Below are positions 35,998 to 49,545 of a stretch of DNA of 64,000 bases, piece after piece. Numbering within the stretch: the first letter of the stretch is position 1; each line of letters begins with the position of its first letter. This stretch comes from Haliotis rubra (Eukaryota). The stretch covers positions 2,108,001 through 2,172,000 of the forward strand of contig NW_025767379.1 of NCBI RefSeq assembly GCF_003918875.1. The letters are read 5' to 3'. Position numbers and translations under genes: made by a program. The notes beneath the pieces were generated by a model, which was not told the DNA's origin, made no database searches, and was given only the letters and a program-made list of their open reading frames with translations.

Positions 35998-38900
35998 CAG
36001 ATCTCTACCAGACAGACTTAGGTATAAGGAGATCTCTACCAGACAGACTTAGGTATAAGGAGATCTCTACCAGACAGATTTAGGGGTAAGGAGATCTCTA
36101 CCAGACAGATTTAGGTAGGAGATCTCTACCAGACAGATTTAGGGGTATAAGGAGATCTCTACCAGACAGATTTAGGTATAAGGAGATCTCTACCAGACAG
36201 ACTTTAGGTATAAGGAGATCTCTACCAGACAGATTTAGGTATAAGGAGATCTCTACCAGACAGATTTAGGTATAAGGAGATCTCTACCAGACAGATTTAG
36301 GGGTAAGGAGATCTGTAACAGACTTAGAGAGATCTCAGACCAGAGATCTCTACCAGACAGACTTAGGTATAAGGAGATCTCCACCAGACAGATTTAGGTA
36401 TAGATCTCTACCAGACAGATTTAGGTATAAAGGATCTCTACCAGACAGATTTAGGGGGGTAAGGAGATCTGTACCAGACAGATTTAGGTATAAGGAGATC
36501 TCTACCAGACAGACAGATTTAGGTATAGGAGATCTGTACCAGACAGATATAAGGAGATCTCTACCAGACAGATTTAGGTATAAGGAGATCTCTACCAGAC
36601 AGATTTAGGTATAAGGAGATCTCTACCAGACAGATTTAGGGTATAAGGAGATCTCTACCAGACAGGACTATAAGGAGATCTCTACCAGACAGATTTAGGG
36701 GGTAAGGAGATCTCTAGACAGATTTACAGATTTAGGATTTAGGTATAAGGAGATCTACCAGACAGATTTAGGGTAAGGAGATCAGATTTAGGTATAAGGA
36801 GATCTCTAGGAGGGGATAAGGAGATCTCTACCAGACAGATTTAGGTATAAGGAGATCTCTACCAGACAGACTTAGGTATAAGGAGATCTCTACCAGACAG
36901 ATTTAGGTATAAGGAGATCTGTACCAGACAGATTTAGGTATAAGGAGATCTGTACCAGACAGATTTAGGTATAAGGAGATCTCTACCAGACAGATTTAGG
37001 TATAAGGAGATCTGTACCAGACAGATTTAGGGGTAAGGAGATCTCACCCAGACAGATTTAGGGGTTATAAGGAGATCTCTACCAGACAGATTTAGGTATA
37101 AGGAGATCTCTACCAGACAGATTTAGGTATAAGGAGATCTGTACCAGACAGATTTAGGTATAAGGAGATCTCTGTATACCAGACAGATTTAGGTATAAGG
37201 AGATCTGGAGATCTAGGTATAAGGAGATCCAGACCAGAGATTTAGGTATAAGGAGATCTGTACCAGACAGATTTAGGTATAAGGAGATCTGTACCAGACA
37301 GATTTAGGGTAAGGAGATCTCACCAGACAGAGGGGTAAGGAGATCTACCAGACAGATTTAGGTATAAGGAGATCTCTACCAGACAGATTTAGGTATAAGG
37401 AGATCTGTACCAGACAGATTTAGGTATAAGGAGATCTCTACCAGACAGATTTAGGTATAAGGAGATCTACCAGACAGATCAGAGATTTATAAGGAGATAA
37501 GGAGATCTACCAGACAGATTTAGGTCTCACCAGACAGGTATAAGGAGATCTGTACCAGGTACAGATTTAGATTTAGGTATAAGGAGATCTGTACCAGACA
37601 GATTTAGGTATAAGGAGATCTGTACCAGACAGATTTAGGTATAAGGAGATCTGTACCAGACAGATTTAGGTATAAGGAGATCTGTACCAGACAGATTTAG
37701 GTATAAGGAGATCTGTACCAGACAGATTTAGGTATTTTTAGGTATAAGGAGATCTGTACCAGACAGATTTAGGGGTAAGGAGATCTGTACCAGACAGATT
37801 TAGGGGTAAGGAGATCTCTACCAGACAGATTTAGGTATAAGGAGATCTGTACCAGACAGATTTAGGTATAAGGAGATCTGTACCAGACAGATTTAGGTAT
37901 AAGGAGATCTCTACCAGACAGATTTAGGTATAAGGAGATCTGTACCAGACAGATTTAGGTATAAGGTACCAGACAGATCTGGTACCAGACAGATTTAGGT
38001 ATAAGGAGATCTGTACCAGACAGATTTAGGTATAAGGAGATCTGTACCAGACAGATTTAGGTATAAGGAGATCTGTACCAGACAGATTTAGGTACCAGAC
38101 AGATTTAGGTATAAGGAGATCTCTACCAGACAGATTTAGGTATAAGAGATCTGTACCAGACAGATTTAGGTATAAGGAGATCTCTACCAGACAGATTTAG
38201 GGTATAAGGAGATCTCTACCAGACAGATTTAGGGTAGGTATAAGGAGATCTGTACCAGACAGATTTAGGTATAAGGAGATCTCTACCAGACAGATTTAGG
38301 GTAAGGAATTTAGGTATAAGGAGATCTATATAAGGAGATCTACCAGACAGATTTAGGTATAAGGAGATCTGTACCAGACAGATTTAGGTATAAGGAGATC
38401 TGTACCAGACAGATTTAGGTATAAGGAGATCTGTACCAGACAGATTTAGGTATAAGGAGATCTCTACCAGACAGATTTAGGGTCTCTACCAGACAGACTT
38501 AGGTATAAGGAGATCTGTACCAGACAGATTTAGGTATAAGGAGATCTGTACCAGACAGATTTAGGTATAAGGAGATCTGTACCAGACAGATTTAGGTATA
38601 AGGGAGATCTCTACCAGACAGATTTAGGTATATGATCTGTACCAGACAGATTTAGGTATAAGGAGATCTCTACCAGACAGATTTAGGGTAAGGAGATCTC
38701 TACCAGACAGATTTAGGGGTATAAGGAGATCTCTACCAGACAGATCTTTTAGGTATAAGGAGATCTGTACCAGACAGATTTAGGTATAAGGAGATCTGTA
38801 CCAGACAGATTTAGGTATAAGGAGATCTGTACCAGACAGATTTAGGTATAAGGAGATCTGTACCAGACAGATTTAGGTATAAGGAGATCTGTACCAGACA

Positions 38901-40012
38901 GATTTAGGTATAAGGAGATCTCTACCAGGTTTAGGTAAGGAGATCTGTACCAGACAGATTTAGGTATAAGGAGATCTGTACCAGACAGATTTAGGTATAA
39001 GGAGATCTGTACCAGACAGATTTAGGTAAGGAGATCTGTACCAGACAGATTTAGGTATAAGGAGATCTGTACCAGACAGATTTAGGTATAAGGAGATCTG
39101 TACCAGACAGATTTAGGTATAAGGAGATCTGTACCAGACAGATTTAGGTATAAGGAGATCTGTACCAGACAGATTTAGGTATAGTAGAGATCTGTACCAG
39201 ACAGATTTAGGTACAGAGATCTCTACCAGACAGATTTAGGTATAATAAGGAGATCTGTACCAGACAGATTTAGGTATAAGTATAAGGAGATCTGTACCAG
39301 ACAGATTTAGGTATAAGGAGATCTGTACCAGACAGATTTAGGTATAAGGAGATCTGTACCAGACAGATTTAGGTATAAGGAGATCTCTACCAGACAGATT
39401 TAGGTATAAGGAGATCTGTACCAGACAGATTTATGTATAAGGAGATCTGTACCATACAGATTTAGGTATAAGGAGATCTGTACCATACAGATTTAGGTAT
39501 AAGGAGATCTGTACCATACAGATTTAGGTATAAGGAGATCTCTACCAGACAGATTTAGGTATAAGGAGATCTGTACCAGACAGATTTAGGTATAAAGAGA
39601 TCTGTACCAGACAGATTTAGGTATAAGGAGATCTCTACCAGACAGATTTAGGGGTAAGGAGATCTCTACCAGACAGACTTAGGTATAAGGAGATCTGTAC
39701 CAGACAGATTTAGGTATAAGGAAATCTGTACCAGACAGATTTAGGTATAAGGAGATCTGTACCAGGCAGATTTAGGTATAAGGAGATCTGTACCAGACAG
39801 ATTTAGGTATAAGGAGATCTGTACCAGACAGATTTAGGTATAAGGAAATCTGTACCAGACAGATTTAGGTATAAGGAGATCTGTACCAGGCAGATTTAGG
39901 TATAAGGAGATCTGTACCAGACAGATTTAGGTATAAGGAGATCTGTACCAGACAGATTTAGGTATAAGGAAATCTGTACCAGACTGATTTAGGTATAAGG
40001 AGATCTGTACTA
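35998..40012. repeat. 31-bp satellite array, about 4 kb (about 130 units)
   Basis: aggagatct(c/g)taccagacagatttaggtata. Confidence 0.97.
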
Positions 40013-40268
40013 GGCATGGTTGGTTGCCATACACTGGTTGCAGTCCTGTGTGGGCAGGCTCATTGATTTGGTCCATGGCGTTAAACCTCGTGTTTCGTTA
40101 CTCACAATATGGCTTACATTGTATATACATGTAGGTTATTGCTGAGCGCAGATTTAATATTGCTTTAGAGAAATGTCTATGACACTTTTCCTTCAGTTTC
40201 ACTTCTACGAAACAGTTCATTCAAGTTTATCACATCATCTCACATTTCTGCCCCATGCTGCTCATTGA

Positions 40269-40508
40269 ACCTGTGAAGATCCGGGTTAGAATTGATCTTC
40301 AGTAACCCATGCTTGTCGTAAGAGGCGTCTAACAGGATCGGGTGGTCAGGCTTGCTGACTTGGTTGACACGTCATCATATCCCAATTGCGTAGATTGATG
40401 CTCATGCTGTTGATCATTGGATTGTCTGGTCCAGAGTCGATTATATACAGACCAACGTGACATAGCTGGAATGTTGCTGAGTACGGCCTAAAACTAAGCT
40501 CACTCACG
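40269..40508 (+). mobile_element. SINE-like family B, best-preserved copy
   Basis: Head acctgtgaagatccgggttagaattgatcttcagtaacccatgcttgtcgtaagaggcg; 3' end gctggaat(a/g)ttgctga..ggc shared with family A. Confidence 0.85.
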
Positions 40509-40957
40509 CTCGACACAACCGCAGGGAATCCACGATTCACACAGAAACAAGACGACCACGCTGGACACTGACCATAACATTGGATAGCCTTTCCTCCAGA
40601 GTCTGACGCAGAGTCTCTGGAAATGTTGAATGTTGGTGGAAACAATTAACTCAATTTTTACTGTAAAGAACTCCAATAAGATGGAGATTCCAACTCCATA
40701 ACCTGCATCATTTAGCCCTCTTAACTCACAGACTGGGCAGAAGGCATAATATGGTTCAGATGAGACGGAGAACCCCTTATGGGTTGGAATAGATCCCCTG
40801 ACCATATTGACCACAGCAAATGGCAACTTATTGGAGAGATGTTCTGGCTTACTAACTTGTTTGACTGCCTGGTCATCGCTCTTGTTAGTGACTGTCTCTT
40901 AGTAATAACTGACAGTGTTAACTAACTTGTGTTATTAACAGAAGTATCATATTATAG

Positions 40958-41515
40958 TAGGGCTGTGCAATATAACCGGTTCAGACATGAAATCGATACG
41001 TATTGCGATACCCGGATCGAAAACCGGTTTTTCGACATGCATTCGGAAAACTTCGTAACACTCGGAAATCTTCGGATATTTCCGTTTTTCACAAGTTCGG
41101 TTTGAAGTTGTGTTCTTATTTTTGTTCAAGTGTTTTGCAAAGTTTTTGATCTGAATGTTATATATATATTAGCTCATTAATGACCAGTGATCCCTGATAT
41201 GTCCTGACCAGGTCAAGTTGCTGTCTAAAATCTCGGGGCTTTTTTGATAGTGGAGAAACTAGTTCAAACCAGTAACTACTGTGTTGATGTTTTCCTTGTT
41301 CCCTTCATTTTAACAGGATTAAAAGTTTGTATTAAAGCTTAATCAATCATAGTGATTTTTTTGTGTTTTTGCTTTATAAATCAAGCATTAACTCGATTAT
41401 ATGTAAGTTTTGGGGAAAAATATATTCTTGCAATATATTGCACTACGTATCAAAATATATGCTTTCGAATCGCAATATATCGCAATATGAAAATTCTCTG
41501 CAATACCCACCCCTA
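40958..41515. mobile_element. hAT-like MITE
   Basis: TAGGGCTG...CACCCCTA ends, subterminal CGATAC/GCAATAT repeats. Confidence 0.5.
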
Positions 41516-41977
41516 TCATATAGTGGAGAGTTTAACAACAAACTCTCAAGCAATTGGACGACCTGCATTGGGACAGAATCTTGGAATCTGTCTTCCCTAC
41601 TCGGCTGTTTAGAGACCATTGGGCAACCCACGCTCCCTTTTAGCTCAAATACAACATAACAAAGTATTATTACAATATTTAATAGAAGGTGAAAACTGTA
41701 CAATAAAAGACAATTCATGGAATATTGTAGGCTCTTCAGAAACTGTAAATGTCGTCCTATTAAACAATGATTAAACAGGTATAACAAGCAATACTGGCAA
41801 TATAAGGGAGACAACTCATGTCTGAGATTGTACTTCATCTCAAAAGTATTCATGCAGAGAAAGCTAAAGGCATAAAACAACAGGTGAAAAGAATGGGATG
41901 AGAAACACAAGCTAAACGTGCTTAGGTGCTCAATGTTACATAATACACATAAGCATTGCAACAGCAATCTCACATGG

Positions 41978-41979
<2 letters not shown>

Positions 41980-42036
<57 letters not shown>
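41980..42036. repeat. (TG)n microsatellite
   Basis: Direct reading; a second (TG)n lies at 42609-42638. Confidence 0.95.
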
Positions 42037-42038
<2 letters not shown>

Positions 42039-42599
42039 TGAGAGTTCCTGGGTGAGGGCCAACATTTATGTCCTGTATTCCACTGCCCATCTTACAATGT
42101 CCAAACTACACCCAAGACGCCCCCAAACCCTCCTTCCTTGGAAAATCAGGACAGACATGAGTCACATTGTTAGATTTTTGGACAGCAGGTTAAAGTTACC
42201 TTCCTGAAACAGGTACACACTGCAAACATAACAGTTATTGTAAAGGCTTAATATTTATCACTAAACAAAATTGGATTCTGAAACATTTTTGCAACTAAGG
42301 CTGAAGAAATAACAAGGAAATTACTATCTGACCATTAAGAAAGGAGATCTAACTTGCCGGTAGTTCTACCATATATAGCATGGCAAAATGGTGGAAACAT
42401 GATATGTCATGTATATTATTCAGAAGTATAGGTTATACAAGTATATAATATCACGAAGAGCTCATCAAAATGAAGTACAAATGTCCGGCAACAAATTCTT
42501 GTTTTAGGTGTAGAATGAAGAGAGACAAAAGATTATTTTCATCAAAAGAGTCTGAGCAAACACACTATCACAACGAGTGATGCCCCTTTCTGCGAATAC

Positions 42600-42641
<42 letters not shown>

Positions 42642-42891
42642 CGTGCGTGCGTGGTCGTGCGTGTGTTCTGCAGTGTATTCAGTAATACTATTCAGATCAA
42701 GAAACAATCTGGGTCCACAGGAAAACCAGCAGGTTCTCAAACCTATGAAAGTGAGGTTTACATTAAGAAAAACAATATTTCTCCCTTTTCCTGCTGTTTT
42801 GTGGTGTCTGTGTAAACACTGCTTCAATGGGTGTTTGATCTGTTTGACTTATTTCATTTACTGACTAAACACCCAAGATATTGGACCAATA

Positions 42892-43464
42892 CAGTCGAGC
42901 ACCGTTTTCTCGATATTCATGGGACCAAGAAAAAAATATTGAGTTATCCGAACTTCGAGACATCCGACCAGGGCATATCATCACATATCACTATGAAAGA
43001 AAACAAAACGTATTTTTTTATTCGAAACTATAATCCGTTATCAGCAGTGTTTAGTCATAACAGTCAGTACTTCCTCATTAATTCCTTCTTAAAGATAATC
43101 CTAATTAAATTACATACAAGTGACAGCTTCAACTCAATTAGCCCTAATTAGTTTACACTACCGCATCCCTTTGATATATGCCGCACCGTGTGTAAACACG
43201 TGGAAACAACCTCAGTTCAGAGGGATACTTGCCCATGAAAGATAGGTGAATATCGAGTTTCTTTGCAAATATCGAGTTAAAAGGGTAATTTTGCTTGTTG
43301 GGACCATGAAATTATATCGAGATATCCGAATATCGAGACATCCGTATCGAGTTAAAAGAGCTTGAATGATGATAAATTATGAAGGATTTTGCCGGGACCG
43401 AGATGCTATATCAAGACAACCGAGATATCGAGTTGTCAGAGTTCGACACAACGGTGCTCGACTG
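42892..43464. mobile_element. Tc1/mariner (pogo-like) MITE
   Basis: TA|CAGTCGAGCACCGTT...AACGGTGCTCGACTG|TA. Confidence 0.88.
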
Positions 43465-44872
43465 TATATTCATGATGCAAGCAGCGCAGTGTGTAAATAC
43501 TCTGAAATAAGTCACTGTAATGACAAGGGCAATGTGTTCCTAGTCTGTCTATTTGTCACCCAATTTGACACATAAAGTACCAAAAGGAAGCAACATGTTT
43601 GCTGTATAAAACTAATCAAAAATATACACAATGTACATAATTAAATAATATATAATAATTTATTGTTTTATGGATGAACCAAATGTAAAATAAAATGGGT
43701 AAAGAAAATAGATAAAAAAAAAATTCAAAAATAAAAATAATTAGAGATACTGATGTTAAGGAAAGCCAATCTTCACCAATTCAAAACTTGTTATTCCTCC
43801 TGTTTTAACTTAAACTCTGAACTCTAGAGTCGATAAAACCATTCACTGTTCTCACCAAACTACACCAATAACATTACTCTAAATCAGGATGTCACCAGTT
43901 TTACACACAAAACTGTTTTCAAAATAATTAATCAACATTTCAAGATTTTTGAAAATGTGTAAAACAAGACATACTAGTATTGTGTTTGTGTGGGCTGTTA
44001 ATATACTGATAATAATATTATTTTAACAACATGTTATTCAAACATCATAAACTGGGGACTGTACCTACATGTATTCTGACACATTGTCTCCAATACTGAC
44101 AATTTAGTTATTCAGATAGCACAGATAAAGCATGGTCAAGCCTTCATGATTATATAACTACTACTGTTACAGGAGGAATAATATGTTCTTTGAAGCGTGT
44201 CATTGGTTTTCGAATACTGCCTGGTGTGATAATGTTTTACTGTGCTTTGAAAATTATAACTTTCAGCATGTACAGCTCTGCTAAAGACTTGGTTGTTGTT
44301 TAACGCAACACTCAGCAATATTCCAGCTACAGCTCTGCTAAAGGATGGAAATGGCTTATGGGAAAAAAGGCTGTGACTATCGTCATAACCACAAAATAAA
44401 CACAAGAAAAATTTAGCACACATTCCGAATTCACTTAATTCTTCAGAGGTGTTGCCAATTTACCATTGTTGTGTTGCTGTGGTAGAGGTATCAACAAATA
44501 CAGGATGAAGTTGGAAACAGTCTCGTGAAACCCAAGCAAGGCTATGCACTGGCAGGTCAAGGGTCACAATTATGTTTTTGGTTTCAAACTCATCAGATGC
44601 ACATCCAAGCAAAGGGACACAACTCTGTTAAACATTAAAGGGAGACCACTGTAACATACACTGATGGATCTCCACAAACAACTAACTTTATCTCAATATA
44701 ACAATGTCAATAAACAAGATCACAAGAGTAACATACAATTGCACAAAGGTAGACAGCGATTTCAATATATTTTGATTTCTTGTCAACAGTTTCAACAGAT
44801 GTTTAAAGAGGCATTATGTTCATCAACATGATCAACCACTGCTTCAGGATCTGTTCTAACAATCTTCCCATT

Positions 44873-45026
44873 CATTGGCGGATCCAGAGGGGGGTTTCAG
44901 CCCCCCCTTTTGAAAATGACTGAAGATCACATAGAAGATTTTTTTTTGCATTGGCAGAGCCAATGGGGGGTTCAGGGGTTCGAACCCCTGAACCCCCTCC
45001 TTTCAAAATTCCTGGATCCGCCCATG
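44873..45026. mobile_element. Short MITE
   Basis: TIR CATTGGCGGATCCAG / CTGGATCCGCCCATG, flanked by CCATT on both sides. Confidence 0.75.
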
Positions 45027-46070
45027 CCATTCATTCATCTTCACATATTACCTACTCCTTGGCAGTTTTATCTGAGCAAAGATTATGCTAAGAAAATCAT
45101 ACTCAAAACACAATTTGGCAATTAACAGTTTCTTTGATAGAGTTATAAAAAAGAAGAAGCAATATTGATATACATAAAAATACATAAAATAATTATAAAA
45201 GCCCCCCAAAACCTAGACTTATCTCTTTCCTGATATCTACAATGATGTCCTAATTTGGGATTACATGATTACATGCCCAAAACATGCTTGTTTCATGATA
45301 ACTGGATTTTTGTGAATCAGAGTAAGTAAAATAAAGCAATATTCCAGCAATATCATGGCAGGGGACACCAGAATTGGCCTTCACAAATTGTACCCAAGTG
45401 GGGAATTGAACCCTAATCTCTGGCGTGACAAGTAAACGCCTTAACCACTAGGCTACCCCACCTCCCGTGTGAATGGGAATCTACATGTGATGCTGAAAAC
45501 AGGCTCCAGCTGTACATGTGTCGGACTGAAGTGACAGCTGACTATAAATGATGTACACGGTATATGTGCCAGTGACGTTCTCATCTAACTATCTAGACTT
45601 GGTGTGAATGAGGCACCTAAGCTGAATCAACAATACATATACACTGTCCCAGTGGTCTGGAACATAAAGAGGTCCCAATGCTAAAAGAGACTGTGGGTTT
45701 ATAATCATGTCCTGGCTGGTGCATGCAAACCCAAAACTCCTTCTTCAGGCCAGAGTAGGCAAACCCCAGACTAACTCCTGGGGCCTTGTGAAGGCAAGCA
45801 GTGAAGCACAATGTTGGGATAACATTAGATACAGAGTAACATGTCTGACAGTTCACCTTACCAGTAAACATTCAACACTTCCAGATAACAGCATGGCAGG
45901 GACTAGAGAGGTTGTGGAACAAACTGAAACGAAAACTAATTAAACACTTTGAGAAAACTCCCAGGGAATTGATCGTGACATTCATCTTTGGTTCAACAAC
46001 AAAAGTTCTTCAGTTTTTATCATGTGCCACCCTTGAAGACACTCACATATTGATAAGTGCAAGAGCGGCT

Positions 46071-46263
46071 TTGGTGTCACGCCACTCTGCACATCTAATA
46101 GATTATACATTCCCACTTTGGTGTCACACCACTCTGCACATCTAATAGATTATACATTCCCACTTTGGTGTCACACCACTCTGCACATCTACTAGATTAT
46201 ACATTCCCACTTTGGTGTCACACCACTTTACACATCTAATAGATTATACATTCCCACTTTGGT
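46071..46263. repeat. 47-bp tandem repeat x4
   Basis: ttggtgtcacaccactctgcacatctaatagattatacattcccact. Confidence 0.9.
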
Positions 46264-46834
46264 GAAACCCTCATCCACAGGCGTGGTGCACAGAAGCATG
46301 ATCACAGTGAACATGGTACCTGATCTAACCATAATTGGTGTGCCTAAGGGAGGCAACTCTTCACAGTAAATTGAAGGATTTCAACACCCACATACCAATG
46401 AACATAGAGAAAATGTATCTGTTCATAGCACAAACACGCCTGGCATTACAGTGATATCTGGGATGTTTGGTGGTACAAATTTCTTAAACTATGAGATAAT
46501 TAATCGTTAGTTTTTTGAGTGACTGTATGTCACCTAGTATGTGGTGTTTAAGAAAATGTATCACAGTATGTTCTACACAGTATGTTATCACCTGTATATC
46601 TGTAACATACAGACAAGTGAATTAATCACAAGCTTATGAGGCCATAACCTCTCATCATTAGCTACAAACTTCTCCAAGCCATCCCAACAGCAGATAAATG
46701 GGGTATAAACAATTCACATAAACTGCCATTCTTGGATCAGCGCCAAATATTATATACAGAACAAAAGTTGAAATTGTTAAATATTCTGAAAATACTGACG
46801 CATCCATGTATGAAACACAACCACTTTGTTGTGA

Positions 46835-47212
46835 CAACTAAGAGTCCTGCTGTTGGCACTGAAGTATCCATCGTAACAGACTGTAACTAAGAGTCCTGCT
46901 GTTGATGACTGAAGTATCCATGGTAACAGACTGTAACTAAGAGTCTTGCTGTTGATCACTGAAGTATCCATGGTAACACAGACTGTAACTAAGAGTCCCG
47001 CTGTTGGCATTGAAGTATCCATGGTAACAGACTGTAACGATGAGTCCTGCTGAAGTATCCATGGTAACATACACAACGACTAAGAGTCCTGATGTTGGGC
47101 ACAGAAGTATCCATGGTAACAGAAACAAACAGCACCATGCTGATGGGCAGTGAAGTATCCAGGGTAACAGAATGAACAGGGAGTCATTCTGGTTGTCACA
47201 GAAGTATCAATG
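46835..47212. repeat. ~49-bp degenerate tandem repeat x7-8
   Basis: aactaagagtcctgctgttg..actgaagtatccatggtaacagactgt. Confidence 0.85.
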
Positions 47213-47617
47213 GGACAAAACCACTTCCAATTCACATGTATAACTTCTGTCACATCCAAAATGTCAACATCAGTACCAAGATAAACTGCACAATCTGGTT
47301 ATGGTTATAGTCTGAGCTAGTGTTGGGAATTGGGTGAAATCTCAATTCATGATTGGTTTATTACCAACGAGCAATCATCGAAAAAAATTGGTTAGCGTCA
47401 ATTTTAAGATTTTCCTGTTCAGGTTATTATTGCAGATAAGTATAACATGGTTCTCTGCTGCTTTTTGTCACTTAGATATTGAGCATATTGCATTTCGACT
47501 TTCACATCCAATGTAAAAGATGCAACTTAATCCTTTAAAGTGATGACTAATATCACGTTAACATAAGACCTCCCAGAGTTTTACTTCCTTAAGTGGCATT
47601 TAGAAGCTGGTATGATG

Positions 47618-48243
47618 AAGTGGAACACTATTTATAGATAGACAACATGTTTGTTGCAATAGTGGTTGCGACGTTTCTGTGTAGATCCTAACACCGTTAT
47701 CAAGCAAATGATACACAACATTTGCACAAGGAGAAATATATACATGGCGGGTATTGGTTATACAATAGAAGAGGTTGATGTACGGTGTGTTGACATGAGA
47801 CTTGTTGTGATAGGAATGATTGAAGCCAGTAGAAAAGGGTGGGTTATTCTTGATTAGTTGATCGTAAACCGTGGGGATGTAATAACCTTGATCTCTGTTG
47901 ATTGTCGGGTTGAGTCGTTTGATGTTGATAGCCTCGAAGAGTTTTCTTATCTTGTAATCTCACCGGTCGGCTTCTAGGATGCTGATGTTGTTCCAAAGTA
48001 TGGTATGGTTCGGGTGGCCTTGGGTGTGGTCGGAAATGGCTGATTTGGAGTCTTTTTTCTTTACAGATCTCTGATGTTCTTTGACTCGTAGGTTTAGGGG
48101 GCGGCACGTTCCTCCTATGTATGAAGGGTCTTCTTTGATGCTTGTAGGTGGTTTACCGTGGTTTATCATACAAGCCAACGGTAAACCACCTCACAACTAC
48201 TGCAACAAAGAAGTTGTCTATCCATAAAAAGTGTTCCACCTCC
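47618..48243 (-). mobile_element. Penelope-like element 3' fragment (GIY-YIG endonuclease remnant, inverted pLTR copy)
   Basis: SYIGGTCRPLNLRVKEHQRSV..KSAISDH..HTILWNNISILE is the YIG-T-R...R..EH motif; 47618-47668 is repeated in inverted orientation at about 48192-48240. Confidence 0.8.
47666..47707 (-). ncRNA. Minimal hammerhead ribozyme motif (U3-A8 core variant) in the Penelope pLTR, partly decayed
   Basis: - strand TTGC-TTGATAA-CGGTGT-taggatct-ACACA-GAAA-C-GTC-GCAA: stem I TTGC/GCAA, stem II, GAAA, palindromic ACGT stem III, GUC cleavage triplet. Confidence 0.6.
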
Positions 48244-49360
48244 CACAGTCTTTAAGAAATATTCAGTTATGACTTTTCAGTAAATGAAGTGAGTTTTCTA
48301 AGAATTAAACCTGTTTTAAGGCCCCGACCTTTGTTTGGTCACTGCGACCAATCTTTGATTATTTCAGTTAATTGGACCTCCACTAGTCTGAGATGTGAAA
48401 GTACAGATCTTCCACATCCAGAAATGTGCTGTGCCTGTGTCAGTTTCAAGCTTCCGTCTAGTGTGTGTGGTTGAAATGGGGGACCACACAGTTATTCACA
48501 AATCTCACTAAAATAATGAACGGCAGTGGTTAAACTATAAATATGAAATAGCAACAACAGTGTTTCATAAGCAATCCCTAAGCTGTTGAAAAAGTAAAAC
48601 AACATCTTATATAAAACAATGAAAGGAGGTGTTGCTTAGGCCTTCTTCGACAAATCACAGAGTTACTTCCCTTCCCACTGTGTACGTTTCTCAATAACTG
48701 ACATGTTTAAGCAGAGTTTGTGAGATGGGAATTACTGTTATATTTCATTTTTGATAATTTGTGGGAGGGCAGATTTGCCATCCAAGTCATGTTTGAAGAA
48801 ACAACACTTCAACACCCATATTGTGTCATCACTGCTCCTCTTCCACCCGCTGACTGGTGGATAATGTTACACAATTCTCATCTGTTGGCAAGACCAGCAC
48901 AGCAGTCTAAACCTCTTAAACATTCTAGGAATCCCTCCTACTGCAGCTTGAGATTCATACTTCTCCACTATGTTAATAAAAAATCGAGTAACCCAAAACA
49001 AATTTCATGCCTAACTAAAAAACTGCCTTAAATTTAGCAAGATTCTACTAATTATCACAAAATTGTTTCACATTAAGATCTCATGAATATTCTTATTATG
49101 AAGATATAATAATCGCAATAATATTTCAATCTTATTTCAAGAGGTTTTTTCCCAAGTTGTTTTGTTCTTTTTTTTTCACATGTCATTGAAGAATATGGAA
49201 TACAGAATCCATAAAATAAAGCATAACATTGGTCCAGCCTGAATTAAACAGTTCATGTGTCTACTGTCACCATGACAACAAGTAGAATCCAATGTCCATT
49301 AGTGTCTATAAGAACGTTTGGCACTTTGTGCATTGTCCAATCACATTTTGCATTACACAT

Positions 49361-49545
49361 CTAATATGGTTCAGGAGGTGGTGCAGAGGCTTTCTGCAAA
49401 TATGATTGGTCCATTCCTCCTGTGTATCCAGCTGAGTCCATTTTTTGTTGAGACGGTTGCCACTGTTGGTCACCTGTTGCCATGGGATACGGGGGAGGTC
49501 CAGAGTGATATCCTGTGTGTGGAGGTCCAGGGTATGGAGGTGGAG
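49361..49545 (-). CDS. Gene 3 exon 3 (PY motifs, stop)
   Basis: tttgaacag|CT CCA CCT CCA TAC...CCA TAT TAG. Confidence 0.88.

Noticed and set aside
28757-40012. Regular arrays as possible CRISPR loci
   Set aside because: Units are contiguous with no unique spacers, there are no cas genes, and the DNA is eukaryotic.
40269-40340. Family B head as a canonical HDV-like or hammerhead ribozyme
   Set aside because: No 3-bp P3/L3 with nested P1.1 arrangement; the reverse strand has CTGAAGA but no following GAAA. Reported instead as an unclassified structure.
41443-42864. 215-aa and neighbouring ORFs with TH/VC runs
   Set aside because: Driven by (TG)n microsatellites; no splice or homology support.
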